A stretch of DNA of 64,000 nucleotides, taken from the IMG/VR virus record IMGVR_UViG_3300032007_000010, one strand, 5' to 3'. The stretch is from a virus (lineage: Duplodnaviria > Caudoviricetes). A program made the position numbers and the translations under genes. This document shows, piece by piece, positions 53,144 through 62,866 of this stretch; positions within the stretch are counted from its first letter, which is position 1; every line of letters starts with the position of its first letter. Below the pieces are notes generated by a model. That model was given only the letters and a program-made list of their open reading frames with translations. It did not search any database and had not been told where the DNA came from.

Positions 53144-53260
53144 ATGAAAGATCCCCCTTCTTGTCGGTTGGACACATATATAAGGTATCAAGGTGTATAT
53201 AGTAATGTCACCTTGTTCCTTTTTAATATGCGAACAACAACGAAATAATTGGAGGTAGCT

Positions 53261-53722
53261 ATGGGAACCCATGGAGGATCATCCGGTGTAGGCTTTGTGG
53301 ACAACGCCATTACGGCAATCCAGACCGAGGAGAAAATGAAGAAGTTTCGGTCGAACAACGTCACATGCATGAACTGCGGGAATGCGGAATTCGAAGAACT
53401 CGTGCTCGAATCGGATGAGCATGAATTCATCTCGGAGCAGCCCATTCGCCGTTTGTACGATCTTCGTGTGATCTGCGCACACAACAAGATCGGATCACTC
53501 AAGCTGTCGTGTCCCAACGGCGTGAAGAGCGGTGACCATGGAAGATGTGATCGTTGCCGACATGTCAATCGTGTGATCGATGTTAAACGCAGTGAGAAAA
53601 CTCGAGGAGCACACAGCAGCATTACGATAAAGACTAAACTATATCACTGTGCCAATCTGGGAAGAGACGAGTACTGCCTCCCATATTTTCACTGCGATAA
53701 ATTTGATGCTTTTGGAGAATGA
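53261..53722 (+). CDS. Cys-rich zinc-binding hypothetical protein
   Basis: CMNC, CDRC and further Cys residues; alternative start 53336. Confidence 0.6.
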   Translation: MGTHGGSSGVGFVDNAITAIQTEEKMKKFRSNNVTCMNCGNAEFEELVLESDEHEFISEQPIRRLYDLRVICAHNKIGSLKLSCPNGVKSGDHGRCDRCRHVNRVIDVKRSEKTRGAHSSITIKTKLYHCANLGRDEYCLPYFHCDKFDAFGE

Positions 53723-54819
53723 GCATGATCTATACCACATACTATGCCGCGGCGCGAAAGCTTCCGAAGGATATCGTGCCGGTGGCCATCAGCACAAAGG
53801 TTCCGGAGGAGTGGAAGGGTCCGGTGTATCGACCGCTTGCTCCATCCGGATCGATATTCTGGCAATATAAACGTCAAGGACAAGATGAGGAACTGTACAC
53901 CCAGCGCTTCAGAAGAGAGGTGCTGGGTGTCCTTGATCCACACCAGGTCGTGCGTGAACTCATGGAGCTCTCCGGTGGCAAGGATGTTGCGCTCTGTTGC
54001 TACGAGCGCACCGGTTCGTTCTGTCATCGAACCATCGTGGCGGATTGGCTCGGCGAGGCAGGATATGACGTGAGCGAGTGGAAGAAGAAGGGTTCGAAGG
54101 GGAAGAATGATGTGAGAGGGTATCGATACTACATCAACGCCGACGGTGAGAAGGTCATGCGAGTCAGCGACGTGATCAAGATGATCGGCAAGGAATCGCT
54201 CATGGTCTGGGCAAACATGCTCGGTCTCAAGGGTATCGATTATAAGGAAGAACTCGATCGCACCGCCAACATCGGTTCTCTTTGTCATTCGGTGGTTGAA
54301 AACTATTTCAATCCAAAGCGCATGGCCTTTGTGGATTACGAAGAATTCGGCATCGATGATCCCGATGATGTGCAAGAGGTCAACAATGCGCTGGACAACT
54401 TCTTCGACTGGTTCGAGGAATTCAGCAAACATCGAAGGTATCATGTCAAATTCACCGAGCAGGTTGTGGTGGGCAAGGAGCTAGGCGGAACCATCGATTG
54501 TGGAATCGATGGCTGGGAAGATCCTGACAAGGTGATCTTCGTGGACTACAAGACAGCCAAGGATTTCTTCCTCACCCAGTTTCTCCAGCTCGCCGCATAT
54601 GCGATGCTCTATGAAGAGGTCCACGGCCCTGACACGGTAGAGGGTGTCATGGTGATCCTCATGAGCAAGAAAAAGAACAAAAAGACCAGAGCACGTTTCA
54701 TCTCTCGCAAGGATCTGGACCCATTCATCGTCTGTTTCCAGTGTCTATTTGATGTGACGAGGGGAGTAAATATCCTCACCGCAAGTCTTCCGGAACTCAG
54801 TCAAATCTTTGAATACTAG
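53719..54819 (+). CDS. DUF488-like domain fused to a PD-(D/E)xK exonuclease
   Basis: N-terminal YTTYY..LAPS..ALCCYE..FCHR; C-terminal GSLCH..E..GGTIDC..VDYKT..QLAAY. Confidence 0.75.
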   Translation: MSMIYTTYYAAARKLPKDIVPVAISTKVPEEWKGPVYRPLAPSGSIFWQYKRQGQDEELYTQRFRREVLGVLDPHQVVRELMELSGGKDVALCCYERTGSFCHRTIVADWLGEAGYDVSEWKKKGSKGKNDVRGYRYYINADGEKVMRVSDVIKMIGKESLMVWANMLGLKGIDYKEELDRTANIGSLCHSVVENYFNPKRMAFVDYEEFGIDDPDDVQEVNNALDNFFDWFEEFSKHRRYHVKFTEQVVVGKELGGTIDCGIDGWEDPDKVIFVDYKTAKDFFLTQFLQLAAYAMLYEEVHGPDTVEGVMVILMSKKKNKKTRARFISRKDLDPFIVCFQCLFDVTRGVNILTASLPELSQIFEY

Positions 54820-54830
54820 GAGAGTGTAAC

Positions 54831-55502
54831 ATGGACTTTATGGCAGCGGATAGTAGTCGGTTCAGCGATGAGGATATTCAGCAGATGATTGGCATTACTG
54901 AGCCATACTCATCTCATGGATCCGCAGAAGCAACCTCCGGATACATCCAGGAAACCGGACCGGTATTCGATTTCAACAAACCGAAACCCTGCGAAGAATA
55001 TGGGAGTCCGGTGGTGCTGCTCCGGCACTATCGGTTTCCATTGGTAGCCTCGGATGATCAGGAATCATTCGAGAGATACTTCAACATGCTGAGGATTCTG
55101 CCGACCTATGTCTCCTACTTCGGGGGAACATATCGGATCGATCGCGCGTTCAAGATCCATGACAGCTTCAGCTTTTCGTCGATGGATACCGTAACCCAGG
55201 AGATCACGGCGCTCCTAGGCAATGATAATCTCGATAGAACAGCTCGCGGAGTCATCACCGGAGTCATATTCATCTACAAGAACGAGGATCGTTGCCGTGA
55301 GCTTGGATACGACGAACTGCGCTACATGCGTGCGGTGTATTCCATCTGCGATGTTTTTGTGAGCAACCATCCTCGTGTGGGACTATCGAGAACCAGCATA
55401 TTCAGCGCCGGCATCAATATCAATCATCTGACAGACGAAGAGATCAGAGAAAAGCTCGAAAAATACAATAATACCAAACTGCCGTTGGAGGGAATCATAT
55501 GA
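54831..55502 (+). CDS. Hypothetical protein
   Basis: 223 aa, AGGAG SD, operonic. Confidence 0.65.
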   Translation: MDFMAADSSRFSDEDIQQMIGITEPYSSHGSAEATSGYIQETGPVFDFNKPKPCEEYGSPVVLLRHYRFPLVASDDQESFERYFNMLRILPTYVSYFGGTYRIDRAFKIHDSFSFSSMDTVTQEITALLGNDNLDRTARGVITGVIFIYKNEDRCRELGYDELRYMRAVYSICDVFVSNHPRVGLSRTSIFSAGININHLTDEEIREKLEKYNNTKLPLEGII

Positions 55503-56134
55503 GCATCATCGGAAAGCTGACCGTTGGAGATACCGCAATCAGCCGAAACGGTAATCATGTCACCGTTCTCGTGCAAAATGTTCCCGTGAAAGAAGTGTTC
55601 CGTTCTGGTGAGCCGGAGGTGATCAAACCGAACGTCTCCGACTTCATTCTCTATTTTGTCGGACCGGATCCCAATTCGCGCCCCGTGCCTGACACGGCGG
55701 TTGTCACCGTCGAGCGTGTCATGGAATACTCGATTTCGGAGGACAATCTCTACATCGACACGCTGAAGTTTGTGTATCTCGACACGATCTCCAGCCTCGA
55801 CAACATCATCACAATCAATCCGGTCATCAAGGATGTGATCTGCTATGGCACCGCCATGATCATGATCTACGCGGTGCCCGAGAATGCGCAGGATTTCTTC
55901 TTCAACTACATCAGCACGCGCCGCTCGACAATCTCGTACTGCGGAGAAACCTACCATTTCCATACCATGTCATTCATCGGCGCAACGAACTACGATCTCA
56001 CACCGGCCGGCATTCCGGATGCCGGATGTCTCAAATTTGCGCAGGCCGTGGCCTACTCCACCACCGTACCGGCGGTAGCGACGGACCAGGAGGCTATCAA
56101 ACAAATTTGTCTCGCAAGGCTCTCAAAGCTGTAA
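55499..56134 (+). CDS. Hypothetical protein
   Basis: 211 aa, GGAGG SD, ATGA overlap. Confidence 0.65.
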   Translation: MSIIGKLTVGDTAISRNGNHVTVLVQNVPVKEVFRSGEPEVIKPNVSDFILYFVGPDPNSRPVPDTAVVTVERVMEYSISEDNLYIDTLKFVYLDTISSLDNIITINPVIKDVICYGTAMIMIYAVPENAQDFFFNYISTRRSTISYCGETYHFHTMSFIGATNYDLTPAGIPDAGCLKFAQAVAYSTTVPAVATDQEAIKQICLARLSKL

Positions 56135-56157
56135 TCATAGAAAGGGGGAAGGTAAAT

Positions 56158-56373
56158 ATGAACGCGAGAGATTTACTGAGCTGGCTCCAGGGACTGACCG
56201 AGGAAGAACTGGAACTGAATGTCTTCGCCGGCAAGCCCGATGAAGATGGTAATTACGATTCCGTGGAAAAACTCGCCATCGTCGGGACCACGGATGGCGG
56301 CAAGGCCATCTTCATGGAACCGCTCTCCGAGGACAAAGAGGCAGACACAGAACCCAACACCGACAACAACTAA
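56158..56373 (+). CDS. Small acidic hypothetical protein
   Basis: MNARDLLSWL.., SD upstream. Confidence 0.6.
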   Translation: MNARDLLSWLQGLTEEELELNVFAGKPDEDGNYDSVEKLAIVGTTDGGKAIFMEPLSEDKEADTEPNTDNN

Positions 56374-56395
56374 AAAAAAATGGAGGACAATAGCA

Positions 56396-56953
56396 ATGGA
56401 AGAGCTCGTATACATGAATGATCAGGACAAGGAAGGCGCTCCGACCATCTCCGCACCCTGGATTGCCTATGCGCACAAGGTCATCGCCGCCTTCGGTGAC
56501 GATCCCGAGATCGCCGTTGACATTGGTGACGCCGATGTCTCCGAGGGTTTCCTGACCATCGAAATCATCTGCATGAACTATGTCAAGTACAAGGCTCTGC
56601 AGGAGATCGTGAATGCCCCCGACGAGATCTCCGGTGTTCGCATCGATATGCGCTTCACCTACACCGGCACGGACCGCGACAAGAGAACATCCCTGTACGA
56701 GGCCGCCCTTCGCGGCAATCCCTATTTCAACTCGGTGATCCAGCTCAGCGATCCCCGCGACGAGAACGTCAAGTACACCTTCGCACTGTTCAACAACGAG
56801 GTCGTCCAGTATTTCGACGACGACATCAGTGACTACTACGGCTGCAACAACATGGTCCCTGAGGACCTGTTCCGTGAGATTCTGAAGGACGATCCCGAGA
56901 TCCGGCTGTGCCAGGTCCACAAGGATACGGACGATGAGCAGGTCGATGGCTGA
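56396..56953 (+). CDS. Hypothetical protein
   Basis: MEELVY.. with GGAGG SD; strong codon bias; EVVQYFDDDISDYYG motif. Confidence 0.7.
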   Translation: MEELVYMNDQDKEGAPTISAPWIAYAHKVIAAFGDDPEIAVDIGDADVSEGFLTIEIICMNYVKYKALQEIVNAPDEISGVRIDMRFTYTGTDRDKRTSLYEAALRGNPYFNSVIQLSDPRDENVKYTFALFNNEVVQYFDDDISDYYGCNNMVPEDLFREILKDDPEIRLCQVHKDTDDEQVDG

Positions 56954-57005
56954 TGATTCAGCCATCGTATCCGCACGATGTTGCTAGGGGAGGAGGTAAT
57001 CCGAG

Positions 57006-57569
57006 ATGATACCGACCAGTTTCAAGGTAAAATGCAATGCCCTGCGAAGATGCAAGAAATGTGGGAGTATGCCCGTTGTCAGGCTAACCGCCGTCGAGAA
57101 GTATACACTCGCCATGGACGGCGATGAGCTAACGGTCATCGATCAAAACGATTCCTACCTCCCCAATAGCAAAATAGAGATCAGATGCCCAACCGAGAAT
57201 TGCGGCTCCAGCAGCATTTTTAACTACACATGGGGATCGCTCGATGCCGCATCGGAGGACTGGAATAATAGGAACGGCATACCGGAAAGGAAAACCGTGA
57301 CCCTGCTTGAGGAGATGCAGCGCCTGGACAGCATACGAGGCTACGGACAACCGAGGTTCATATTGAACATCATCATGGATCGCGATAACAGTGCCACGGT
57401 TTCTGGGACTCTCACGGAGATGCGCGATATTCTCAAGGTATTCACCAAGGACATACTATCGGTGCATCACTGGAACACCAAAACGGATGATGACAAATCC
57501 CATCTCGTCGCATGCCCCTATGCAAACATAGACGTATATTGGTTCCCGGGTGTTCCCGAAATCGATTAG
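57006..57569 (+). CDS. Zn-ribbon (Lar-like) hypothetical protein
   Basis: CKKCG..C..C..A..WN.R pattern. Confidence 0.5.
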   Translation: MIPTSFKVKCNALRRCKKCGSMPVVRLTAVEKYTLAMDGDELTVIDQNDSYLPNSKIEIRCPTENCGSSSIFNYTWGSLDAASEDWNNRNGIPERKTVTLLEEMQRLDSIRGYGQPRFILNIIMDRDNSATVSGTLTEMRDILKVFTKDILSVHHWNTKTDDDKSHLVACPYANIDVYWFPGVPEID

Positions 57570-57585
57570 GAAAGGAAATTTGAAA

Positions 57586-58644
57586 ATGAGCTACGCAGAT
57601 CATCTCTTTGTACAGAATTGTACAAAGATCATCAACGAGGGCTACTCGGACGAGCTGTTCGACGTTAGACCCAAGTGGGCGGACGGGACCCCTGCCCACA
57701 CCAAGAAGCTGCTCTACGTGAAGGACAGCTACGATCTTCGGAAGGATCCCATCCCGACGATCACCCTTAGGCAGCAGTTCTTCAGAGGCGCCGTGGACGA
57801 GATCCTGTGGATCTACCAGCGCCAGACCAGCAAGCTGTCCGAGCTGAATTCCAAGGTCTGGGATTCCTGGGACGTTGGCGACGGTACCATTGGCAAGGCC
57901 TACGGATACCAGATCGGCGAGCTGTCCAAGCATCACAAGTACAAATCCACTGACAGGATGGAACTCGACTCCGGGTTCTACGGCAACTTCAAGGTGGATC
58001 CGGTGGACGGCTATGTTTATCTGAACCAGATCGGCGCGGTGCTCTGGGATCTCAAGCACGATCCTGGTTCCCGTCGCATCATGACCAACACCTATAACCA
58101 TGCGGACCTCTGCGAGATGGGCCTGTCTCCCTGCGCCTACTCCGTCATGTTCAACGTCACGAAGGATGCCGACGGTACATATCTGAATGCCATCCTGTTC
58201 CAGCGCTCCCAGGACATGCTCACCGCCAACGGCTGGAACGTGATGCAGTATGCGGCTCTGGTCCAGATGATCGCCCAGGTCGTCGGCATGAAGCCTGGCC
58301 GCTTCGATCACATGGTGGCGGATATGCACATCTACGATCGTCACATCCCCGTGGTGCAAGAACTCATTGACACCTACTGGGATAGGGCATCACTCGATGC
58401 CACCAGCTATGAAGAGCGTGTTACGGCCGGAGATGTTAACGCTAAGATCCGTCGGGTTCCAATCAGTACCTTAACAGGAGACTACGAACTTCCTTACAGC
58501 AATCCGGAGTTCTGGATCAATCCGGACGTGAAGTCCTTCTTCGACTTCAAGCCGGAAGATCTGAAGCTCATCAACTACGTGGCCTGCAAGTTCGACCACA
58601 GGATCGGCAACGGGCCCGGATGCGACATCGAAGTGGCGGTGTAA
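57586..58644 (+). CDS. thyA: Thymidylate synthase
   Basis: EILWIY, GKAYG, SRRIM, LSPC (catalytic Cys), QRSQD, WNVMQY (Asn for dUMP), DMHIYDRH. Confidence 0.95.
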   Translation: MSYADHLFVQNCTKIINEGYSDELFDVRPKWADGTPAHTKKLLYVKDSYDLRKDPIPTITLRQQFFRGAVDEILWIYQRQTSKLSELNSKVWDSWDVGDGTIGKAYGYQIGELSKHHKYKSTDRMELDSGFYGNFKVDPVDGYVYLNQIGAVLWDLKHDPGSRRIMTNTYNHADLCEMGLSPCAYSVMFNVTKDADGTYLNAILFQRSQDMLTANGWNVMQYAALVQMIAQVVGMKPGRFDHMVADMHIYDRHIPVVQELIDTYWDRASLDATSYEERVTAGDVNAKIRRVPISTLTGDYELPYSNPEFWINPDVKSFFDFKPEDLKLINYVACKFDHRIGNGPGCDIEVAV

Positions 58645-58655
58645 TCAAACGAAAT

Positions 58656-59210
58656 ATGAGTATCGAGTATAGACTTCTCAACGATGCATACGGTCAGGAC
58701 GCCAACGCAGTGAAACAGGTTGCCGGGATCATGTACGACTGGTGGGCCGAAGAATGCGGAATGACCATGAACGATACGATATTTCTGTGTACGAGAGATG
58801 TCGGATTCTACCCCACCGCGCTTTCATCCAGTCTCCCTCGCACGTGGGTGGCGCTGGATGGTGAGAACGTGGTGGGTTGCATCAAATTGGTAACCAACGA
58901 CACCACCTTTCGTCAGGACCTATATCCGGTGCTCTCCTCGTTGTATGTGACCGAGGGCCATCGCAAACTCGGTATTGCATCAAATCTAATTGGAGCTCTG
59001 CTCAACTATGCTTTCCGCTCCTGTAACATCGATGCGGTGCATCTTTGTACTGGACTGGTTAGGTTCTACGAGCGGTTCGGCTTTCAATTCATGTGTGAGG
59101 ACTACGCCTTCTTCGAGACCTCCCACGGAATTTACAAAGACCGCAAGAAGGATCGCATTTACCGTATTACCCGAGACAGATGGGAAGAGCTGCAACGAGA
59201 GAATTGTTAG
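58656..59210 (+). CDS. GNAT acetyltransferase
   Basis: LSSLYVTEGHRKLGIA motif A; FYERFGF. Confidence 0.85.
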   Translation: MSIEYRLLNDAYGQDANAVKQVAGIMYDWWAEECGMTMNDTIFLCTRDVGFYPTALSSSLPRTWVALDGENVVGCIKLVTNDTTFRQDLYPVLSSLYVTEGHRKLGIASNLIGALLNYAFRSCNIDAVHLCTGLVRFYERFGFQFMCEDYAFFETSHGIYKDRKKDRIYRITRDRWEELQRENC

Positions 59211-59251
59211 CTTCGATCGATTAAACCATATGTCAAACGGAGACAAATGAT

Positions 59252-59671
59252 ATGACAAACAACGGCTCATTGATTACGGTTCCCAGGCTCATAAAGGCCT
59301 GGGAACCTAACATTAACAACGGGATCCTATACTATAAGCTGGAAGCGGCCATCATGCGGTATTTGTATGCCCATAGCACCCTCGGCGTCTTCGTCCAGCT
59401 TGGCGAAGATCTGAACACTGCACCCCTTATAGAGAAGATGTGTATCAGACCAGAGAAGATTGTCGGTTATATCACTGATATCGGCGACGATTACGTTTGT
59501 CTCGATGTTGCCAATGATATGATTGATCTGGTACGGAAAAATATCGAGACCTGTCGCGTTGGGTTCATGTATGCAACCACCGATACCAATGATCCAATGA
59601 GTGACATTCGGATACTGAAGCCAATTCTCTATTTGAATCCGATTGCAGGTAAGAGGCAAGACGTATCATGA
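59252..59671 (+). CDS. Hypothetical protein
   Basis: 139 aa, operonic. Confidence 0.55.
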   Translation: MTNNGSLITVPRLIKAWEPNINNGILYYKLEAAIMRYLYAHSTLGVFVQLGEDLNTAPLIEKMCIRPEKIVGYITDIGDDYVCLDVANDMIDLVRKNIETCRVGFMYATTDTNDPMSDIRILKPILYLNPIAGKRQDVS

Positions 59672-59931
59672 TTTACTACGTACTTGCATGTGCTCTCATA
59701 CTGGGGTTTCTGGTATTACCTATTCTCAATGCTGTCTTCATGCAGATAACACAACGGATGCACCAGGAGGAATACTCATATACGGGCACAACGTTCATGC
59801 CGGATGATGACCGGACATGGGATATGCTTAACCGCATGGCCGAGTACGAAGATTTATCCGCGGATGAACCGCCCGTCGTTGATGTACCCAATCTGGCAGA
59901 GGAAACGGAGGTTGCTACCGGTGAGCGATGA
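59668..59931 (+). CDS. Small membrane-anchored protein
   Basis: N-terminal transmembrane helix, acidic tail. Confidence 0.55.
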   Translation: MIYYVLACALILGFLVLPILNAVFMQITQRMHQEEYSYTGTTFMPDDDRTWDMLNRMAEYEDLSADEPPVVDVPNLAEETEVATGER

Positions 59932-60316
59932 GTTGAATTACAGGTTTGGACCGAAGGTCGATAGCGTGGACGTGATGGGTGTTACCTATAGAATCCATGT
60001 GCGCAAGGTGAACGATGATAGTTACCTCAAAAAATTCGGCGTGGATGCCTACTGTTGCAGCAATGGTAAATTCATCGTTCTGTCGGATCACCGGGTCAAA
60101 GAGGATTATCCTCGGGATATCCCGGAGAAGTATGATGGTATCTGGAAACACGCCCTACGCCATGAGCTGGTGCACGCGTTTCTAAACGAGTGTGGTCTGG
60201 ACAGCCAGGCCAAGGAACACTATGGACCGTGGTCAAAGTGTGAAGAAATGGTCGACTGGTGGGCGATAGTTGGCCCACGGGTTGCAAAGGCCTGGAAAGA
60301 CTGCGGTTGTATATGA
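59921..60316 (+). CDS. HEXXH metallopeptidase-like phage protein
   Basis: GTG start with GGAGG SD; LRHELVHAFLNECGL..EEMVDW. Confidence 0.65.
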   Translation: MSDELNYRFGPKVDSVDVMGVTYRIHVRKVNDDSYLKKFGVDAYCCSNGKFIVLSDHRVKEDYPRDIPEKYDGIWKHALRHELVHAFLNECGLDSQAKEHYGPWSKCEEMVDWWAIVGPRVAKAWKDCGCI

Positions 60317-60331
60317 GGAGAAACAGGATCC

Positions 60332-61294
60332 ATGGAGATATTAAGCGACAACAAGACCTGCAAGGTGACAGTCTGGGATAAATTCTCTACCTGGATCTAC
60401 ACCAGTCGCGGCTGTCGATTCAGAAGAACCGGGTCGTGCATCATGTGTAACTATGGCGAAGGTGAAACCCTGCGGCCATTGGAGGCATATCGCACCACAC
60501 GGCGCAACGTGAAGTCCCTTGATGGTAAGGTGACCGCCGTTCTCATTGGATCCTACGGAAGCATCCTGGATCCATACGAGGTGCCGACAATATGCCTGAG
60601 GGCAATCTGTCTGGCCCTGGCAAAAAGCCACATTCCGACGATCATCTTTGAGACCCACTACACAACCATCACCGACAAGATTCTTCGTAACCTCAAGCGC
60701 TGGCTTCCCGGCAAGGACATTGTCATTGAAATGGGCTTCGAGTCCGCGTCGGAACGTTCGAGGAAGACCATACGAAAATCCATCGATGATTTTGGGCTGT
60801 TCCGTCGAATGGAAATGATTCATGACCACGGAATGGAGGTCATCCTCAACGTGCTTGTTGGCATTCCCAAACTTACTCCGAGCGAGCAGCTGACCGATGC
60901 GGTGATGTCCGTCAAGACGGCCTTCTTCCGTGGTGCAGACGAGGTCACCCTGTTCCCGATGAACATTAAACCGTTCACGGAACTGACCACAAAATACCTG
61001 CATCATATGTATTCGCCGCCTTCCAGCTGGATACTCATCGAGGTGCTGAATAGGCTGGAGCCTCGATTGCTGGGACGCGTGTCGTTTTCCTGGTACGGTG
61101 ACCGTCAGTACCACGGTGAATGTACCGATGTCATACCGCCGAGAACCTGTCTTGTGTGCAAAACCCCGCTCCATGAGTTCTTTACGGAATGGAACAGCCA
61201 CCGGGACCAGAAATATAGAGAGACCTTGCTCGAATCCATCAACCACACATGCTCCTGTAAGTGCCGTTTACTTTATGAGGAGGAACCATCATGA
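60332..61294 (+). CDS. Radical SAM protein (TIGR01210/RaSEA-like)
   Basis: GCRFRRTGSCIMCNYG with extended Cys spacing, GSILDP.E, FETH, EMGFES, Y.PP..W, C-terminal Cys cluster. Confidence 0.75.
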   Translation: MEILSDNKTCKVTVWDKFSTWIYTSRGCRFRRTGSCIMCNYGEGETLRPLEAYRTTRRNVKSLDGKVTAVLIGSYGSILDPYEVPTICLRAICLALAKSHIPTIIFETHYTTITDKILRNLKRWLPGKDIVIEMGFESASERSRKTIRKSIDDFGLFRRMEMIHDHGMEVILNVLVGIPKLTPSEQLTDAVMSVKTAFFRGADEVTLFPMNIKPFTELTTKYLHHMYSPPSSWILIEVLNRLEPRLLGRVSFSWYGDRQYHGECTDVIPPRTCLVCKTPLHEFFTEWNSHRDQKYRETLLESINHTCSCKCRLLYEEEPS

Positions 61295-61800
61295 TCATCA
61301 TTGGATACCAGGGCATCGGCAAGTCTACGCTCGCCGAGCAATACTACAACTATCTCGACCTCGAGTCCACCAACACCTGGTTCGAGGAGAACGGTGTGCG
61401 CAAACGCTGGCCGAACTGGGAAGAGATCTACGTCAACTTCGCCGTGGATCTGTCCACAACCCAGCATTATACGGTGTTTACCTCCAGCCATGCCGGCGTT
61501 CGCCGCGAGCTTCTTTGTCATAGGGAAGAAACACCAATCGCCATGTGCTGCCCGAGGCCAGAACTCAAGGAGCCGTGGATTGAACGACTCAGGGATCGCT
61601 ACGGCGAGTCTGGCAAAGACAAGGATTATCGGGCCCTCATGAACGCAGTTGCCCGTTACGAGGAGAATATCTCCGAGTTGGCGAACTCCGGGTTCCCGGT
61701 CATCTGGATCGAATCCATGAATTATGATCTGGCAAAGGTGATTGAAGACGGCGCCAACCGGATATGGCCGCCGCGGACGCCCATGGAGGTGATCCGATGA
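61291..61800 (+). CDS. P-loop NTPase / nucleotide-kinase-like protein
   Basis: GYQGIGKST Walker A, DLES. Confidence 0.75.
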   Translation: MIIIGYQGIGKSTLAEQYYNYLDLESTNTWFEENGVRKRWPNWEEIYVNFAVDLSTTQHYTVFTSSHAGVRRELLCHREETPIAMCCPRPELKEPWIERLRDRYGESGKDKDYRALMNAVARYEENISELANSGFPVIWIESMNYDLAKVIEDGANRIWPPRTPMEVIR

Positions 61801-62345
61801 CATCCGATACCATGAATCAGGCTGTACGCCTCGCCTGGGCAGGCTACGGCATTTTCATCGATGAGGAGTCGCCGTATACAGATCCGCCATACATTAAGTT
61901 TTCTGTTCCGGAACATAGTTTCCATCGCAATGCCAACGGTGTCGAAATGGCCGGCGACTTTCTGGCAAAGCGGATCAAGGATACGGCCATCGAGTCCGGA
62001 TTTCCGGCAAATACCAAGTTCATGTACAAGATTCGCCATTGGGACAACTGGACGGAGGGCAACAAGAACCAGGCCCAGATTGCCATGCGTGCGTGCTTCC
62101 AGTCCAGAGACTCACGGCCGTTTGATCTATTCCGACGGTATCATGACAAAGAATGGTCGTCTCCAACCTCTGAGGGCAGCCGCATATATGAGTACCATGC
62201 GGAGCATGCCACCGGCAATTCTTCGAATAGTTATACCGCGGACGATCTTCGCCGCATGTTCAACGAGAAACTCCATGCGAACGAATCACATACGAATGCT
62301 GCCGCAATTCTGGATGTTACAAACTACGCGGAGGATCATGGATGA
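61797..62345 (+). CDS. Hypothetical protein
   Basis: MTSDTM.. with GGAGG SD, ATGA overlaps. Confidence 0.6.
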   Translation: MTSDTMNQAVRLAWAGYGIFIDEESPYTDPPYIKFSVPEHSFHRNANGVEMAGDFLAKRIKDTAIESGFPANTKFMYKIRHWDNWTEGNKNQAQIAMRACFQSRDSRPFDLFRRYHDKEWSSPTSEGSRIYEYHAEHATGNSSNSYTADDLRRMFNEKLHANESHTNAAAILDVTNYAEDHG

Positions 62346-62866
62346 ATGCTATTGTGCTATGTGATGCCAAGAATGGCATTGCCAAGAACGGTGATCAGCC
62401 AATTCACATACCAAACGATATGAAACGACTTCGCGCTCTGATAAAGGATCACACCGTTGTCATGGGTCGCAAAACTGCGGAGATCATCGGAAAACCCCTC
62501 AAAGAATGCACAAACATCATAATCACCAACAATCCGGAGAATATTGGTCCACAGTTCGCCGATTGCCAATGCATGACACTGCGCAAACTCCTCGACGATT
62601 GGTACCAATATAACCAGGAGCCGAATTCGTGCTGGCTCCTCGGTGGCGGCATTCTATACCGTGCCCTGATCTCGCACTGTGATCGCATATATCTGACCAG
62701 AGTTGATGAGGATTTTGATTGTGATCAATACTTTCCGCGAATATCATGGCTTCACTGGAGTCTCGAGATGGAGGGACATCCGATGATCTATGTTGATGCG
62801 GATGGTGTGGAGCATGTGTATCACTTCGACATCTATCGAAGGAGAGGAGTTCCGAGTTTCAGATGA
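62342..62866 (+). CDS. folA: Dihydrofolate reductase
   Basis: NGIAKNG, DMKR, VVMGRKT, KPL, LGGGILY, IYLTRV, CDQYFP. Confidence 0.92.
   Translation: MNAIVLCDAKNGIAKNGDQPIHIPNDMKRLRALIKDHTVVMGRKTAEIIGKPLKECTNIIITNNPENIGPQFADCQCMTLRKLLDDWYQYNQEPNSCWLLGGGILYRALISHCDRIYLTRVDEDFDCDQYFPRISWLHWSLEMEGHPMIYVDADGVEHVYHFDIYRRRGVPSFR

Noticed and set aside
57586-58644. dUMP/dCMP hydroxymethylase instead of ThyA
   Set aside because: Canonical ThyA motifs including the dUMP-specifying Asn, and a linked DHFR, support an ordinary thymidylate synthase.
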